Source: a virus. Taken from it: a DNA stretch of 64,000 nucleotides. Every line of letters begins with the position of its first letter. Position 1 is the first letter of the stretch. The translations under genes were made by a program, and so were the position numbers. Location: positions 32,001 to 96,000 of IMG/VR virus record IMGVR_UViG_3300036818_000105. One strand, 5' to 3'. The notes under the pieces were generated by a model. The model searched no databases. It was given only the letters and a program-made list of their open reading frames with translations, and was not told the origin of the DNA. Of this stretch, positions 37,423-46,756 are shown in pieces.

Positions 37423-38703
37423 ATGACCCTCGCCGTCCTGACCCCGTTCTCGACCGCTGGCGCGGTAGAGCTCGGCAACCGCGTGTGGCGCAAGAAAGTG
37501 CTGCCGGTCGGCGACGTCGAGTACAAGGGCCGCACCCTGCACTTCAACCGCGACTACCTCGGCAAGCTCGTCACCGCGTTCCAGAACCGCGCCTACGACC
37601 AGGTGCCGTTTCAGCTCGCTGACGCGCAGAACACCCACACCAACGACCCGGAGCGCACTCGCGGCGAGATCGAGTCGATGGAGCTCGGCGACGACGGCCT
37701 GTACATCACGGCCCGGCTCACGCCCGAGGGCGAGGCGGTCCTGTCCGCCAACCCGAAGCTCGGCGTGAGCGCCCGGATCGTCGAGGGCTACGACCGCAGC
37801 GACGGCAGGCACTTCCCGGCCGCCGTCCAGCACGTCCTGGGCACCCTTGACCCCCGCATCCCCGGCCTCGGCGCGTGGACGGCGATTGAGGCGGCGTCCC
37901 CGCAGCCCGACCAGGTGATCGACCTGTCCGGCTTCTCATTCTCCGGCGGGGAGACTGACGGCTCCCTGACGGACCCCGCTCCCAACGGCCAAAGGACGGA
38001 CGGCATGGCGGATCTGAATGCCCTGAACGACGAGCAGAAGGCCCGGCTCGCGAAGCTCCTGTCCCTGCCCGACGACGCCCTCGACGCCCTCGCGAACGGC
38101 GGCATGGTGATGACCCCCGACGAGCTGGAGGCCCTCACCGCCCCCGACGCCGGAGACGACGACGCGGACGGCGAGGACGCGCTTGCCGCCGAGATCGACG
38201 CGATGACCGACGAGGAGCTCGCCGGGCTGGAAGCCGAGTTCGAGACCGAGACCGAGGGCGAGACCCCGGGTTACGCGCCAGAGGGGGAGCCCGTGGCTGC
38301 AGGACTGTCCGCCGAGGCCCAGTTCAGTATCGACCTCGCCAACGCCAGGGCGGACGAGACCGCCCGGGAGCTGGCCGTCGTCACCGCGCGGCTGCGCGAG
38401 GAGGACTACCAGGCGGAGCGGCGCCGCCTCGCGGATACCGGGGTGCCCCCGTACATCACGGAACTGGCGAGGCCGCTCCTTGAGGGCGCCGGCCACGCGG
38501 TGGAGCTGAGTAACGGCAAGACGGTCGACGCCGGGGCGATCATGCGCCGGGTCCTGACCGAGTACGCCCGCCAGGCCCGCCTCCTCGACCTCGACGTCGA
38601 GCTCGGCAGCCCGATGGACGAGCCGGAAGAGGCCGTCACCGAGCAGCAGGCCCAGTCCCGTCAGGACACCGTCAGCAAGTTCAAGTCGATGACCGGCCTC
38701 TGA
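37423..38703 (+). CDS. Mu gpI-like prohead protease/scaffold (probable internal scaffold start ATG 38005)
   Basis: DDGLYIT...TPEG...GVSARI...HVLGTLDPRIPGL; acidic helical C-terminal half; RBS before 38005. Confidence 0.8.
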   Translation: MTLAVLTPFSTAGAVELGNRVWRKKVLPVGDVEYKGRTLHFNRDYLGKLVTAFQNRAYDQVPFQLADAQNTHTNDPERTRGEIESMELGDDGLYITARLTPEGEAVLSANPKLGVSARIVEGYDRSDGRHFPAAVQHVLGTLDPRIPGLGAWTAIEAASPQPDQVIDLSGFSFSGGETDGSLTDPAPNGQRTDGMADLNALNDEQKARLAKLLSLPDDALDALANGGMVMTPDELEALTAPDAGDDDADGEDALAAEIDAMTDEELAGLEAEFETETEGETPGYAPEGEPVAAGLSAEAQFSIDLANARADETARELAVVTARLREEDYQAERRRLADTGVPPYITELARPLLEGAGHAVELSNGKTVDAGAIMRRVLTEYARQARLLDLDVELGSPMDEPEEAVTEQQAQSRQDTVSKFKSMTGL

Positions 38704-38739
38704 CCGCCGTGTCCCGCTATGTAGGAAAGGTGGCCTGAC

Positions 38740-39237
38740 ATGACCGCGGTTCTGCCGCATTACACCCGGGGGCCGGCGAACTACCAGGTCTCCACGCTGG
38801 TCTACGGCGGCCAGTTCGTGATGCCGACCACCCAGTCGTACGGGACCACCGACCTGACCGTCAAGGTGGCCACCTCCGCGACCGTCTACTCGCTTGGCGT
38901 CGCCGGCACCGACGCCAACGTGATCACCACCCAGACCGGCGCGGCCAACAGCTACGGCCAGCCGCTGATCGACATCTCGGTGCTGACCGACTACGCGGCC
39001 GTCTACGCGGGCGGCTGGGACATCTGGTGCTGGTACGTCGGCCAGGCGTACTGCGGCCAGAAGCTCATCATCGGCGCGACCGGCGGGGCGGTCACCGGGG
39101 CCGGCGCAGGCCCGGCCGCCGACCAGGTGGTGGGCACCTGCACCCAGCCCGGCGGCGTGTCCAGCGCGATGCTCACCCAGCAGATCGGCGGCTCAGGGTC
39201 GGCGGTCTACTACCTCGGCCGCGTCCGGGTCTTCTGA
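38740..39237 (+). CDS. Capsid decoration/cement protein
   Basis: Lies between scaffold and MCP; beta-rich, LGVAGTDA. Confidence 0.65.
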   Translation: MTAVLPHYTRGPANYQVSTLVYGGQFVMPTTQSYGTTDLTVKVATSATVYSLGVAGTDANVITTQTGAANSYGQPLIDISVLTDYAAVYAGGWDIWCWYVGQAYCGQKLIIGATGGAVTGAGAGPAADQVVGTCTQPGGVSSAMLTQQIGGSGSAVYYLGRVRVF

Positions 39238-39251
39238 GAAGGGACTGACAG

Positions 39252-40163
39252 ATGCCCACTGGCGCGAGAGGCTACAGCGACTCCCCGCGGCTTACCGTAT
39301 CCGAGCTGCTCAAGGACCCGCTTGTCATCCCGGCGCTGATCCTCGACATCACGCAGAACGAGTTCATCATGGACTCCGTCCTGCGGATGGGCGGGGCGGC
39401 CCCCTCCGGCGCCGTGCGGTACTCGGAGAGCACCCCGCTGTACGCGGACGACTTCCCCGAGATCCGGCCCGAGTTCGGCGAGGTGCCGGTCGTCCCGACC
39501 TCGATCGGCGTGCCCCGCGTGGTGTTCTCCCACGAGCGGGCCATGGCGATCATGGTGTCCGACGAGATGCGCCGCCGTCAGGCGATTGACCCGGTAACCC
39601 GGCAGTTGCTGCAGGTCAAGAACACGATGGTCTACTCGTGGAACACCGCTTTCTACTCGGCGGTGGTCGCGAACGCGTCCATTCAGACGCTTGCCGTCGC
39701 GAACCCGTGGGCGTCCGCCGCGGCGACGACCCGCGCGGACATCGCGCAAGCGGTCTACCTGGTCGAGAACGCGAACATCGTCTCGCCGTCGGGCGTGACG
39801 CAGTGGCTGGGCTTCGAAGCCGACACGATGATCATCAACCACGGCACGAAGAACACGCTGCTGCAGTCGAGCACCTTCGCGGCGCCGTACATCGGCGACA
39901 TCGCGAGCGAGAACCTGCAGTACACCGGCGTGCTGCCGAACAAGATCTTCAACCTCGACGTGCTCGTCTCACGGCAGGTGCCCGCGGGCAACGCGATCGT
40001 CATGCAGCGGCACCGCTGCGGCGGCTATGCCGATGAGCTGCCCTTTATAGCCGGACCTTTGTACCGGTCCGAGGAGCGCAAAGTCTGGCGCAGTGACACA
40101 CAGCGATCTTCTGCGATTTTTCTGGACCAACCGTTGGCCATAGCGTTGCTGAGTGGCGTCTAA
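39252..40163 (+). CDS. Major capsid protein
   Basis: 303 aa; PEFGEVPV, VSDEMRRR, DQPLAIALLSGV; expected position. Confidence 0.85.
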   Translation: MPTGARGYSDSPRLTVSELLKDPLVIPALILDITQNEFIMDSVLRMGGAAPSGAVRYSESTPLYADDFPEIRPEFGEVPVVPTSIGVPRVVFSHERAMAIMVSDEMRRRQAIDPVTRQLLQVKNTMVYSWNTAFYSAVVANASIQTLAVANPWASAAATTRADIAQAVYLVENANIVSPSGVTQWLGFEADTMIINHGTKNTLLQSSTFAAPYIGDIASENLQYTGVLPNKIFNLDVLVSRQVPAGNAIVMQRHRCGGYADELPFIAGPLYRSEERKVWRSDTQRSSAIFLDQPLAIALLSGV

Positions 40164-40197
40164 ATTCGAATACATATACGAATACGGAGCGTAACAA

Positions 40198-40764
40198 ATG
40201 GCGCAAGCCGTAGCCGACGAGCAGGCCCGTCCGCTCACCGAGGACGAGAAGAAGGTCCTCCGTGACCTGATGACCCGGGAGAACGCCTGGGCGGGCCCGG
40301 CGACCCGGGTCGGCGAGCCCTACATGGCCCTGGTCAACTTGTCCGTCCCCCGCCGGGGCGACAAGGACCGCAACAGCGACCTCGTCATGGCCGGGGAGAC
40401 GGTCTACCTGACGGCCGAGGAAGCGCGGGCGTTCAACCGGCACGGCAGCCGCGACGGCCGGCAGGTCAGCGTGCTGCAGAAGCTGTCCGGGCCTGACGGC
40501 TCCCGTGAGGCGCCGCCGCGGGTCCCGCCGCGCGCCGTGTCGGGGCGCCTGTTCCGGCCGCCGGTGCCGGAGCCGGGCGACGTCGCCCCGCGCCCGGACC
40601 CGCCGGAAAGCTCGGCTATCCAGGTCATCGAGGACGGCCGCGCGCCGGAGGCCGAGGGTGCCATGACCGCGGACCCGTCCGAGATGGCTGACCAGCTGCG
40701 CTCCGCGGCGGCGCCTGACGCCCTCGACCTTCCCCCGTCCCGTAGCCGGTCAAGGTCGCGGTAG
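40198..40764 (+). CDS. Hypothetical virion-associated protein
   Basis: Follows MCP; GC3-rich. Confidence 0.65.
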   Translation: MAQAVADEQARPLTEDEKKVLRDLMTRENAWAGPATRVGEPYMALVNLSVPRRGDKDRNSDLVMAGETVYLTAEEARAFNRHGSRDGRQVSVLQKLSGPDGSREAPPRVPPRAVSGRLFRPPVPEPGDVAPRPDPPESSAIQVIEDGRAPEAEGAMTADPSEMADQLRSAAAPDALDLPPSRSRSRSR

Positions 40765-40767
40765 CCG

Positions 40768-41406
40768 ATGCCGACGACCACCTACACGCCGGCGACGGTC
40801 CAGCCAGCAGAGGTACCCCAGCTCAGGTGCCCCCGCTGCTGGTTTCCCGCGCCCATGGTCCCGGTCGCGGCGCTGACGTTCCGCTGCAACCGGTGCGAGT
40901 GGCCGTTCACGCTGGCCGCGCCGGCCCTGGCCGCTGCCCCGGCCTTCCCTGCCGCCACGGTCGCGGTAACGAACCCGTACGCCACGCCGGTCGCAGCGGC
41001 GATCACGGCGAACGGGGCGACGATCACCAACGTCAGCGTCAATGCCGTCACAGCGGGCACCGCCGCGGGCACGTACGTCATCCCCGCGGGCGGGACGATC
41101 TCGTGCGCGTACACGGTGGCGACGCCGACGTGGACGTGGGCGCTTCCGGCCATCAGCGCGGGGGTGGCCGCGGGCGGGACGGCGCTGCCGTTCGCCTCCG
41201 GCGGCACGAGCTTCGCGCAGGGCCAGGTGCTCATCGTCGACCCGTCCGGCACCAGCGACGTCGTGGTCGTCACCGGCACCCCCACGGCTACGTCCGTGCC
41301 GGTGAACGCGCTGAACTCCGCGCACCTGTCCGGCGTGCAGGTGACCGTCGCCCAGGTCGCCCCGGCGCACTCCAGCGTCCAGGTAGTCCCGCAGGCCAGC
41401 TACTAG
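40768..41406 (+). CDS. Virion structural protein with an N-terminal zinc ribbon
   Basis: CPRC...CNRC, then Thr/Val/Ala beta repeats. Confidence 0.65.
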   Translation: MPTTTYTPATVQPAEVPQLRCPRCWFPAPMVPVAALTFRCNRCEWPFTLAAPALAAAPAFPAATVAVTNPYATPVAAAITANGATITNVSVNAVTAGTAAGTYVIPAGGTISCAYTVATPTWTWALPAISAGVAAGGTALPFASGGTSFAQGQVLIVDPSGTSDVVVVTGTPTATSVPVNALNSAHLSGVQVTVAQVAPAHSSVQVVPQASY

Positions 41407-41427
41407 CAGCGAAGGGAAGGTGACCTC

Positions 41428-41961
41428 ATGGCGACGCTCAGCCGGTACGTGCTGACCGCCGATGTCACGATGCCCTGGCCCGCTACCTGGTCGGAGATCA
41501 TCCAGGGCCAGGCGAACAGCCCGGTGGTCACTCCCGCCGTGCCTGGCACCACGGTCGCGGTGACCAACGGCAACCCGCTCCCGGTGCTGGTCTCGGTCAC
41601 GGGCGGCACGGTCACGCTGGTGCAGGTCGGCAGCGCCACGGTCGCGACCTCCTCGCCGGCGACAGCGGTGGTCGAGCCGGGCGGTTCGATCACTCTCACC
41701 TACTCGGCCGCGCCCGCCTGGGCATGGGCGACCGCGCAGCTCCCGCACTCCGGCTCCTCGTCCATGACCGCCGCCGTGTCCGCCACCGCCCCGGCAGGCG
41801 GGCAGGCCGGCATCATCCCGGAGTTCACCTGGTTCGCCGGGCAGCCGCTGGTCCTGGACCCGGACGGCCAGCTGTACGCGGCGCTGAGCGGCAGCCTGCG
41901 CGAGTGGACCGACGGCACCGACAACGTCTCGCATTACGGCCTGAGCAACTTATGGGAGTGA
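41428..41961 (+). CDS. Virion structural protein
   Basis: Shares the GGTVT..V / ITLTYS.AP.W.W module with its neighbours. Confidence 0.65.
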   Translation: MATLSRYVLTADVTMPWPATWSEIIQGQANSPVVTPAVPGTTVAVTNGNPLPVLVSVTGGTVTLVQVGSATVATSSPATAVVEPGGSITLTYSAAPAWAWATAQLPHSGSSSMTAAVSATAPAGGQAGIIPEFTWFAGQPLVLDPDGQLYAALSGSLREWTDGTDNVSHYGLSNLWE

Positions 41962-41965
41962 CGCC

Positions 41966-42571
41966 ATGATCACCCAGCCCGCGGTTCCGGCCACCGGGAC
42001 GGCCAGCACTAACACGGTCACGAATAACACCGGGAACACGGCGTACGTGACGATCAGCGCCAACGGCGCGACCATGAGCAACTACTACGTCAACGGCACG
42101 TCGGTGGCCACGACCGCGTCGATTTACACGGCCACGCTCACCCCCGGCAGCTACATCAGCCTCGCCTACACCGTCGCGGTCCCCGTCTGGTACTGGTCGC
42201 CGTTCACCCCGGCCGTCCCCGCCTCCGGCACCCCCGTGGCGAACCCGACCGGGCAGGACGTCAGCGTCGTCCTGCTCGGCGGCACCGTCACCCACGTCAC
42301 CGTCAACGGCACCGACCGGGCCACCTCCAGCCCGGCGAACGTGATGCTGCCAGCCGGGGAGAGCGTCACCCTGACCTACTCCGGCGCACCGGTGTGGGCG
42401 TGGATGAACTTCCTTGACCTGGCCACGGGCGACAGCCTCGGCACCGCCTACGCGCAGGCGGACACCATCCTCGCCACGGGAGCCTCCGGCTACAACCCGG
42501 CCAGCGCCCTGCCGTACGCGCAGCACGCGGCGACCGGCGAGTCCGGCTTCGGAACCGGGGTCAGCAACTGA
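41966..42571 (+). CDS. Virion structural protein (two copies of the same beta module)
   Basis: PAVPATGT...P.WYW and PAVPASGT...P.WAW. Confidence 0.65.
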   Translation: MITQPAVPATGTASTNTVTNNTGNTAYVTISANGATMSNYYVNGTSVATTASIYTATLTPGSYISLAYTVAVPVWYWSPFTPAVPASGTPVANPTGQDVSVVLLGGTVTHVTVNGTDRATSSPANVMLPAGESVTLTYSGAPVWAWMNFLDLATGDSLGTAYAQADTILATGASGYNPASALPYAQHAATGESGFGTGVSN

Positions 42572-42795
42572 TGTCCCAGTACCCGCGCCGCGTGCTGTCT
42601 GACGTTGATGTCGCCTGGGACCCGCACGCCAACGGCGCCGGGCGGGCCACGTTCACCAGGCACGGCACCGTCGTCGACATCGAGCCCGGCTCCGTGCTTG
42701 AGGCTGCCTACGGCGACGAGAACCTGTCCGGCGTCATCCCCGTCAGCCAGCGCGGTAACGAGAGCTGCCTTTCCCGCGCGGCACAGAGCAACTGA
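42571..42795 (+). CDS. Small virion protein
   Basis: Paralog of 42807..43091. Confidence 0.65.
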   Translation: MSQYPRRVLSDVDVAWDPHANGAGRATFTRHGTVVDIEPGSVLEAAYGDENLSGVIPVSQRGNESCLSRAAQSN

Positions 42796-42806
42796 GGGGG
42801 CAACTG

Positions 42807-43091
42807 ATGGCAGGCAACCCGCGCACTGTGACTGCGGACGTTGTGTTCACCTGGGATGGCGTATCCCAGCGGCTGCCTCGCGGCCAGGCCATCGACGTGA
42901 CGCCGGGAAGCGCACTAGAAGCCGCCATCGGACGTGACCGGCTCGTCCCGCTCGGCCTCACCTCCGCACTGCCGCCGGTAGAGCCGCCAGCGCGTAAGCC
43001 GCAGCAGGAGGAGCCCCCTGCCGCCCCGCCCAAGGCTGCCGCGGCGAAGAAGCAGGATGCCGGAACCGACGGCAAGGACGGTGCCCCGTGA
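42807..43091 (+). CDS. Small virion protein
   Basis: GQAIDVTPGSALEAAIG. Confidence 0.65.
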   Translation: MAGNPRTVTADVVFTWDGVSQRLPRGQAIDVTPGSALEAAIGRDRLVPLGLTSALPPVEPPARKPQQEEPPAAPPKAAAAKKQDAGTDGKDGAP

Positions 43092-43288
43092 CCGCCCCGT
43101 CCCAGCAGCAGCCGCCCCCGGTGGTCGTCACGCCGTTCTCGCTGCGCCGCATCCTGCTCGTCGTCGGCGCCGTCCTGTTCGCCCTCGCCGCGTTCTCGGC
43201 CGGGGGTGACGCGCTCGGGCACGTTCCCGCCTGGTCGTGGGCGTTCGGCGCGCTCGGTGCCTGGTGCTCGTCCGGGGCGGTCCCGTGA
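43088..43288 (+). CDS. Small two-TM membrane protein
   Basis: ILLVVGAVLFALAAF and WAFGALGAW. Confidence 0.6.
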   Translation: MTAPSQQQPPPVVVTPFSLRRILLVVGAVLFALAAFSAGGDALGHVPAWSWAFGALGAWCSSGAVP

Positions 43289-43830
43289 CCGCGCCCGCGG
43301 CCTCCGGCACCCTCTACGCCACGGTCGAGGACCTGCGCGCCGTCATGTCCGGCACCGACTCCGGCGCCGGCACCGCCGCGAAGCTCACCACTGAGCAGCT
43401 CGAGCTTGCCCTGTACTCGGCCTCCAACCGCGTCTCGGTGTACGCCGGGAACGTCTACGACAGCTCCACCCCGCAAGCCGTACCGCCCGCGATCCTGCAC
43501 GACCTGACGCTTGACCTCGCGCGCTTCTGGGCTGCCGTCACGTACCTGAAGTTCAAAGAGATCCCGCAAACGAGCCCCATCTACATCGCCTACCAGAGTG
43601 CGATGACGATGCTCAACGCGGTCCGAGCCGGGACGATCCTGCTCGACCCGGTGACGGCACCGGGCATCGGGTCTGAGACGGGCGTGATTATCAATCGCGT
43701 CCCGCCCGTGTTCACTGGCCGTGATTCGAACACGCATATTGACCCGATCACCGGCACCCTTGAGAGCGATTCCCCCTTCTGGACCGCTCGCACTGGCGGG
43801 CTGGTTGACGGGGGGGCGATCTACCAGTGA
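43285..43830 (+). CDS. Head-tail adaptor (Mu gp36-like)
   Basis: YATVEDL...ASNRVSVY...P.IL...DLA...YQSAM..L. Confidence 0.75.
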   Translation: MTAPAASGTLYATVEDLRAVMSGTDSGAGTAAKLTTEQLELALYSASNRVSVYAGNVYDSSTPQAVPPAILHDLTLDLARFWAAVTYLKFKEIPQTSPIYIAYQSAMTMLNAVRAGTILLDPVTAPGIGSETGVIINRVPPVFTGRDSNTHIDPITGTLESDSPFWTARTGGLVDGGAIYQ

Positions 43831-44333
43831 CCGGAACCTTCAGCGAGCACATCGACGAGCTGCGGAAGATGGTCGGATCCGGCCAGAAACTCACTGGGTC
43901 GGTCGTAGTCGATCAAATTTACGCACATTTCCAGAGTGAACGGCTCGACCTGCACCACCCTCGTGGCGGCGGCCCGAAATTCCTCGAGCGCCCGCTCATG
44001 GACGGCTACCGCGACTACCTGAGCGACTACGCCCGCACGGTGCTCACCGACGGCGGCCAGCCGGCGATGAAGCGGTCAATGGAGCACCTCTCCGACCAGG
44101 TCGAGCTGACCGCGCCGGTTGAGTTCAGCGACCTGCGCCGCTCCGGTCACCCGTCGGTGACGCTCGGCGGCCGGACGGTCTACGACCGGGCACCCAAGGT
44201 CGCGCGGCTGACCACCGAGGAACTGAAGGCCAGGGGCCGGGCGCGCATAGGCGAGCTGATCGCGGCCGGGCTGCCGTGGTTCTTCACGCGCCACGGCAAG
44301 GTCATCCGGGTGCCCGGCAAGGGCGGGCGGTGA
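43827..44333 (+). CDS. Neck/tail completion protein
   Basis: YAHFQSERLDLHHPRGGGPKFLERPL; APVEFSDLRRSG. Confidence 0.7.
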   Translation: MTGTFSEHIDELRKMVGSGQKLTGSVVVDQIYAHFQSERLDLHHPRGGGPKFLERPLMDGYRDYLSDYARTVLTDGGQPAMKRSMEHLSDQVELTAPVEFSDLRRSGHPSVTLGGRTVYDRAPKVARLTTEELKARGRARIGELIAAGLPWFFTRHGKVIRVPGKGGR

Positions 44334-44337
44334 GCGC

Positions 44338-44772
44338 ATGACCACTCCCCTTGCCATCACCACGCCGCGCACCCGGATCGCCATCGACTGGCTGACCCTG
44401 GCGGGCTGGGACGTCACCCAGGAGAGCGGCTACCCGCTCCTGCCGGGCCCGGAGATCGTCGACGAGCCCGACAAGGCGGTGTTCCTCACCCCGTCCGGCG
44501 GTCCGGGCTACACGACCGAGGAAGCCGGGACGGACGCCTGGAACGTGCAGGCGCGGCTCCGGGGAGCGGCCGACGACCCCCTCGGCGCGCAGGCGGCGGC
44601 GCAGCTCCTGGACTACGTGATCCTGCACGGCCCGCGCCGGGTGACGGTCTGCGGCGTGCCGGTCCTGAACGTGCAGCGCCTCGGCTCGCCCCCCACGTCG
44701 CTTCCCCTTGACCCCAGCGACCGCCGGTTCGAGTACACGGCCACCTATGTCATCACAACCGGAGGCAGCTGA
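44338..44772 (+). CDS. Tail terminator-like protein
   Basis: PDKAVFLTPSGGPG...VQARLRG...RRFEYTATY. Confidence 0.7.
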   Translation: MTTPLAITTPRTRIAIDWLTLAGWDVTQESGYPLLPGPEIVDEPDKAVFLTPSGGPGYTTEEAGTDAWNVQARLRGAADDPLGAQAAAQLLDYVILHGPRRVTVCGVPVLNVQRLGSPPTSLPLDPSDRRFEYTATYVITTGGS

Positions 44773-45281
44773 TGTCCGGAGGACTGCTCACCACGCCGCT
44801 GGTCCCGGTGAACTTCAGCCAGGCGGCGCTCGCCGGCACGTTCTGGGGCACCGGCGGCAGTGCTCCTCCTTCCAGCGGCATCGACCAGGCCGGGGCGGGA
44901 GGGGCCACCTTCGGCACGGCCTGGAGCACCACCTACAACGTGGTGCTGGTGCCGAACCTGTCCGGCAACACGGTCCTCTGGTACTACTGCGGCACCGCGG
45001 CGGCCGGCATCGCGCAGGTGCTTGTCGGGGGGGCGCTAGCCGGGCAGGTGCTGCCCGCGTCCACGGCGCAGACGATCGCCGCGAACTCCTCCGGCTGGCT
45101 CGGCCCCTTCAGCCCCGCCACGTACAACGTCCGGACGGCGAACCCGGTGCCGACCGGGATCGCCGGGTCACCGGCCATCGCGTCCTGGCCCGCCGCCGCC
45201 GCGAACTGCTTCGCCGTGGCGTTCACCACCGTCACCGACCTGTACGTCCGCGCGTACACGTTCTCGAACGTCCAGCCCTAA
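44772..45281 (+). CDS. Virion structural protein
   Basis: GWLGPFSPATYN; coupled in the structural operon. Confidence 0.6.
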   Translation: MSGGLLTTPLVPVNFSQAALAGTFWGTGGSAPPSSGIDQAGAGGATFGTAWSTTYNVVLVPNLSGNTVLWYYCGTAAAGIAQVLVGGALAGQVLPASTAQTIAANSSGWLGPFSPATYNVRTANPVPTGIAGSPAIASWPAAAANCFAVAFTTVTDLYVRAYTFSNVQP

Positions 45282-45289
45282 GGAGGCCA

Positions 45290-45586
45290 GTGCCCGTGAC
45301 AGAGCAGCCAGCCACCGCGCCTTCGCCCGGCAAGCAGCCGCCGCCTCCCGCCGCGCCCGGCGACCCGCAGGACCGCGTCGACAAGCTCCGCGCGCAGCTC
45401 ACCGAGGCCGAGGCGGCGCTCCCGGCCGAACCCGGAACGGTCCGCCTGCGGGTCATGAAACCGCACGACAGCTTCACCGTCGCCGGGGTCACCGTCGGCA
45501 AGGACCCGACCAGCGTCCCCTCGTGGGCCGTCACGCGGCTGATGTCCGCGGCGGCCGGCGCGGGCGTTGCCCTCACCGTGGAGTAA
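45290..45586 (+). CDS. Hypothetical protein
   Basis: AGGAGG RBS. Confidence 0.6.
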   Translation: MPVTEQPATAPSPGKQPPPPAAPGDPQDRVDKLRAQLTEAEAALPAEPGTVRLRVMKPHDSFTVAGVTVGKDPTSVPSWAVTRLMSAAAGAGVALTVE

Positions 45587-45590
45587 GAAA

Positions 45591-46085
45591 GTGCAGACTA
45601 AGCGCCGGATCGCGATATTCGCGGTAGCGGGCACGCTTCTCGCGGGCGCCGCGGGAGTAGGCGCCGGAACCGCGATGGCATCCATTCCAGACTCGTCGGG
45701 GACTATTCACGGGTGCTATCAGACCTCCGATCCCGGCGAAGGCCAGCTTTTTGTAATCGACTCCGATAACGGCGGTGCCTGCTCTAGCGGTCAAACCACC
45801 CTGAGCTGGGCGTCTAGCGCTACCGCGGGGCCGTCCGGCCTGGATGTCACGGTCGTCCAGGCTGTCGGCACGAGCACGAATCTCGCGGAAGCCACATGTC
45901 CTTCCAGTCATCCCTACCTTCTCGGAGGCGGGGGAAGCGTGACCTCTGGATTCGGAAACCTCGAGACATACCCGAGCCCAGGGTCCGGCGAGGAATCGGC
46001 AAGCAATCCCGGCTCGTGGATAGCCGCGATCTATAGCCCTAGCGGGTCAGCGACGGTGGACGCGAATGCCATCTGCGCCAAGTAG
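45591..46085 (+). CDS. Secreted protein with a signal peptide (lower-GC insertion)
   Basis: KRRIAIFAVAGTLLAGAAGVGAGTAMA|SIPDSSGTIHGCY. Confidence 0.65.
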   Translation: MQTKRRIAIFAVAGTLLAGAAGVGAGTAMASIPDSSGTIHGCYQTSDPGEGQLFVIDSDNGGACSSGQTTLSWASSATAGPSGLDVTVVQAVGTSTNLAEATCPSSHPYLLGGGGSVTSGFGNLETYPSPGSGEESASNPGSWIAAIYSPSGSATVDANAICAK

Positions 46086-46110
46086 CAAAAGGGAAGGGGC
46101 TGGCTGAGTT

Positions 46111-46731
46111 ATGACCGGCACGCTTACTTACGCGCCGCCCGCCTACGGGACGACGGACGTCCTGTACGGGACGGGGATCCTGTTCACCGCGCCTAACCCC
46201 TCGCCCGGCACCGGGGCCACGGTGCCGGGCGACGCCAGCCTCGGCGTCGGGTCCGCGTGGCTCGGGCTCGGGTGGAGCTACGTCGGCTCGACCGAGGCCG
46301 GGGTCACGCAGACCTACAACCCCACGATCCAGAACATCTCGATCGAGGAGCAGCCGACTCCCGTCGGCGTCGCGGTGTCCACGGCGACCCTGCAGTTCAC
46401 CACGAACCTCAGCGAGGAAACGCTGGCGAACATCAACCTCGCCTACGGCAACAGCGGGGCGATCGCCACCACCGCCGCGGGAGCAGGGCAGCCGGGCAAG
46501 AGCGTGCTCACCCTGTCGACCACCTTCGCGACGCTGACGGCCGCGCTGGTCGCCCAGAACGAGTACGGGTACGCCACCGTGCTCTACATCCCCGTGGTCG
46601 TCTCCGCCGGGCAGGTGCAGACCGCGTTCCGCAGGGCGGCGCAGCAGCGGCTTTACCCGCTGACCCTCTCGGCGATCTGCCCGTTTGACGACATCTCGTT
46701 CACCGAGCTCACCGCCCCGGCCACCAGCTAA
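46111..46731 (+). CDS. Major tail (tube) protein
   Basis: VLYGTGILFTAP, WSYVGSTEAGV, LSEETLANI. Confidence 0.8.
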   Translation: MTGTLTYAPPAYGTTDVLYGTGILFTAPNPSPGTGATVPGDASLGVGSAWLGLGWSYVGSTEAGVTQTYNPTIQNISIEEQPTPVGVAVSTATLQFTTNLSEETLANINLAYGNSGAIATTAAGAGQPGKSVLTLSTTFATLTAALVAQNEYGYATVLYIPVVVSAGQVQTAFRRAAQQRLYPLTLSAICPFDDISFTELTAPATS

Positions 46732-46756
46732 CCCCAGAAGTCAGGAGAGTGAAGGC

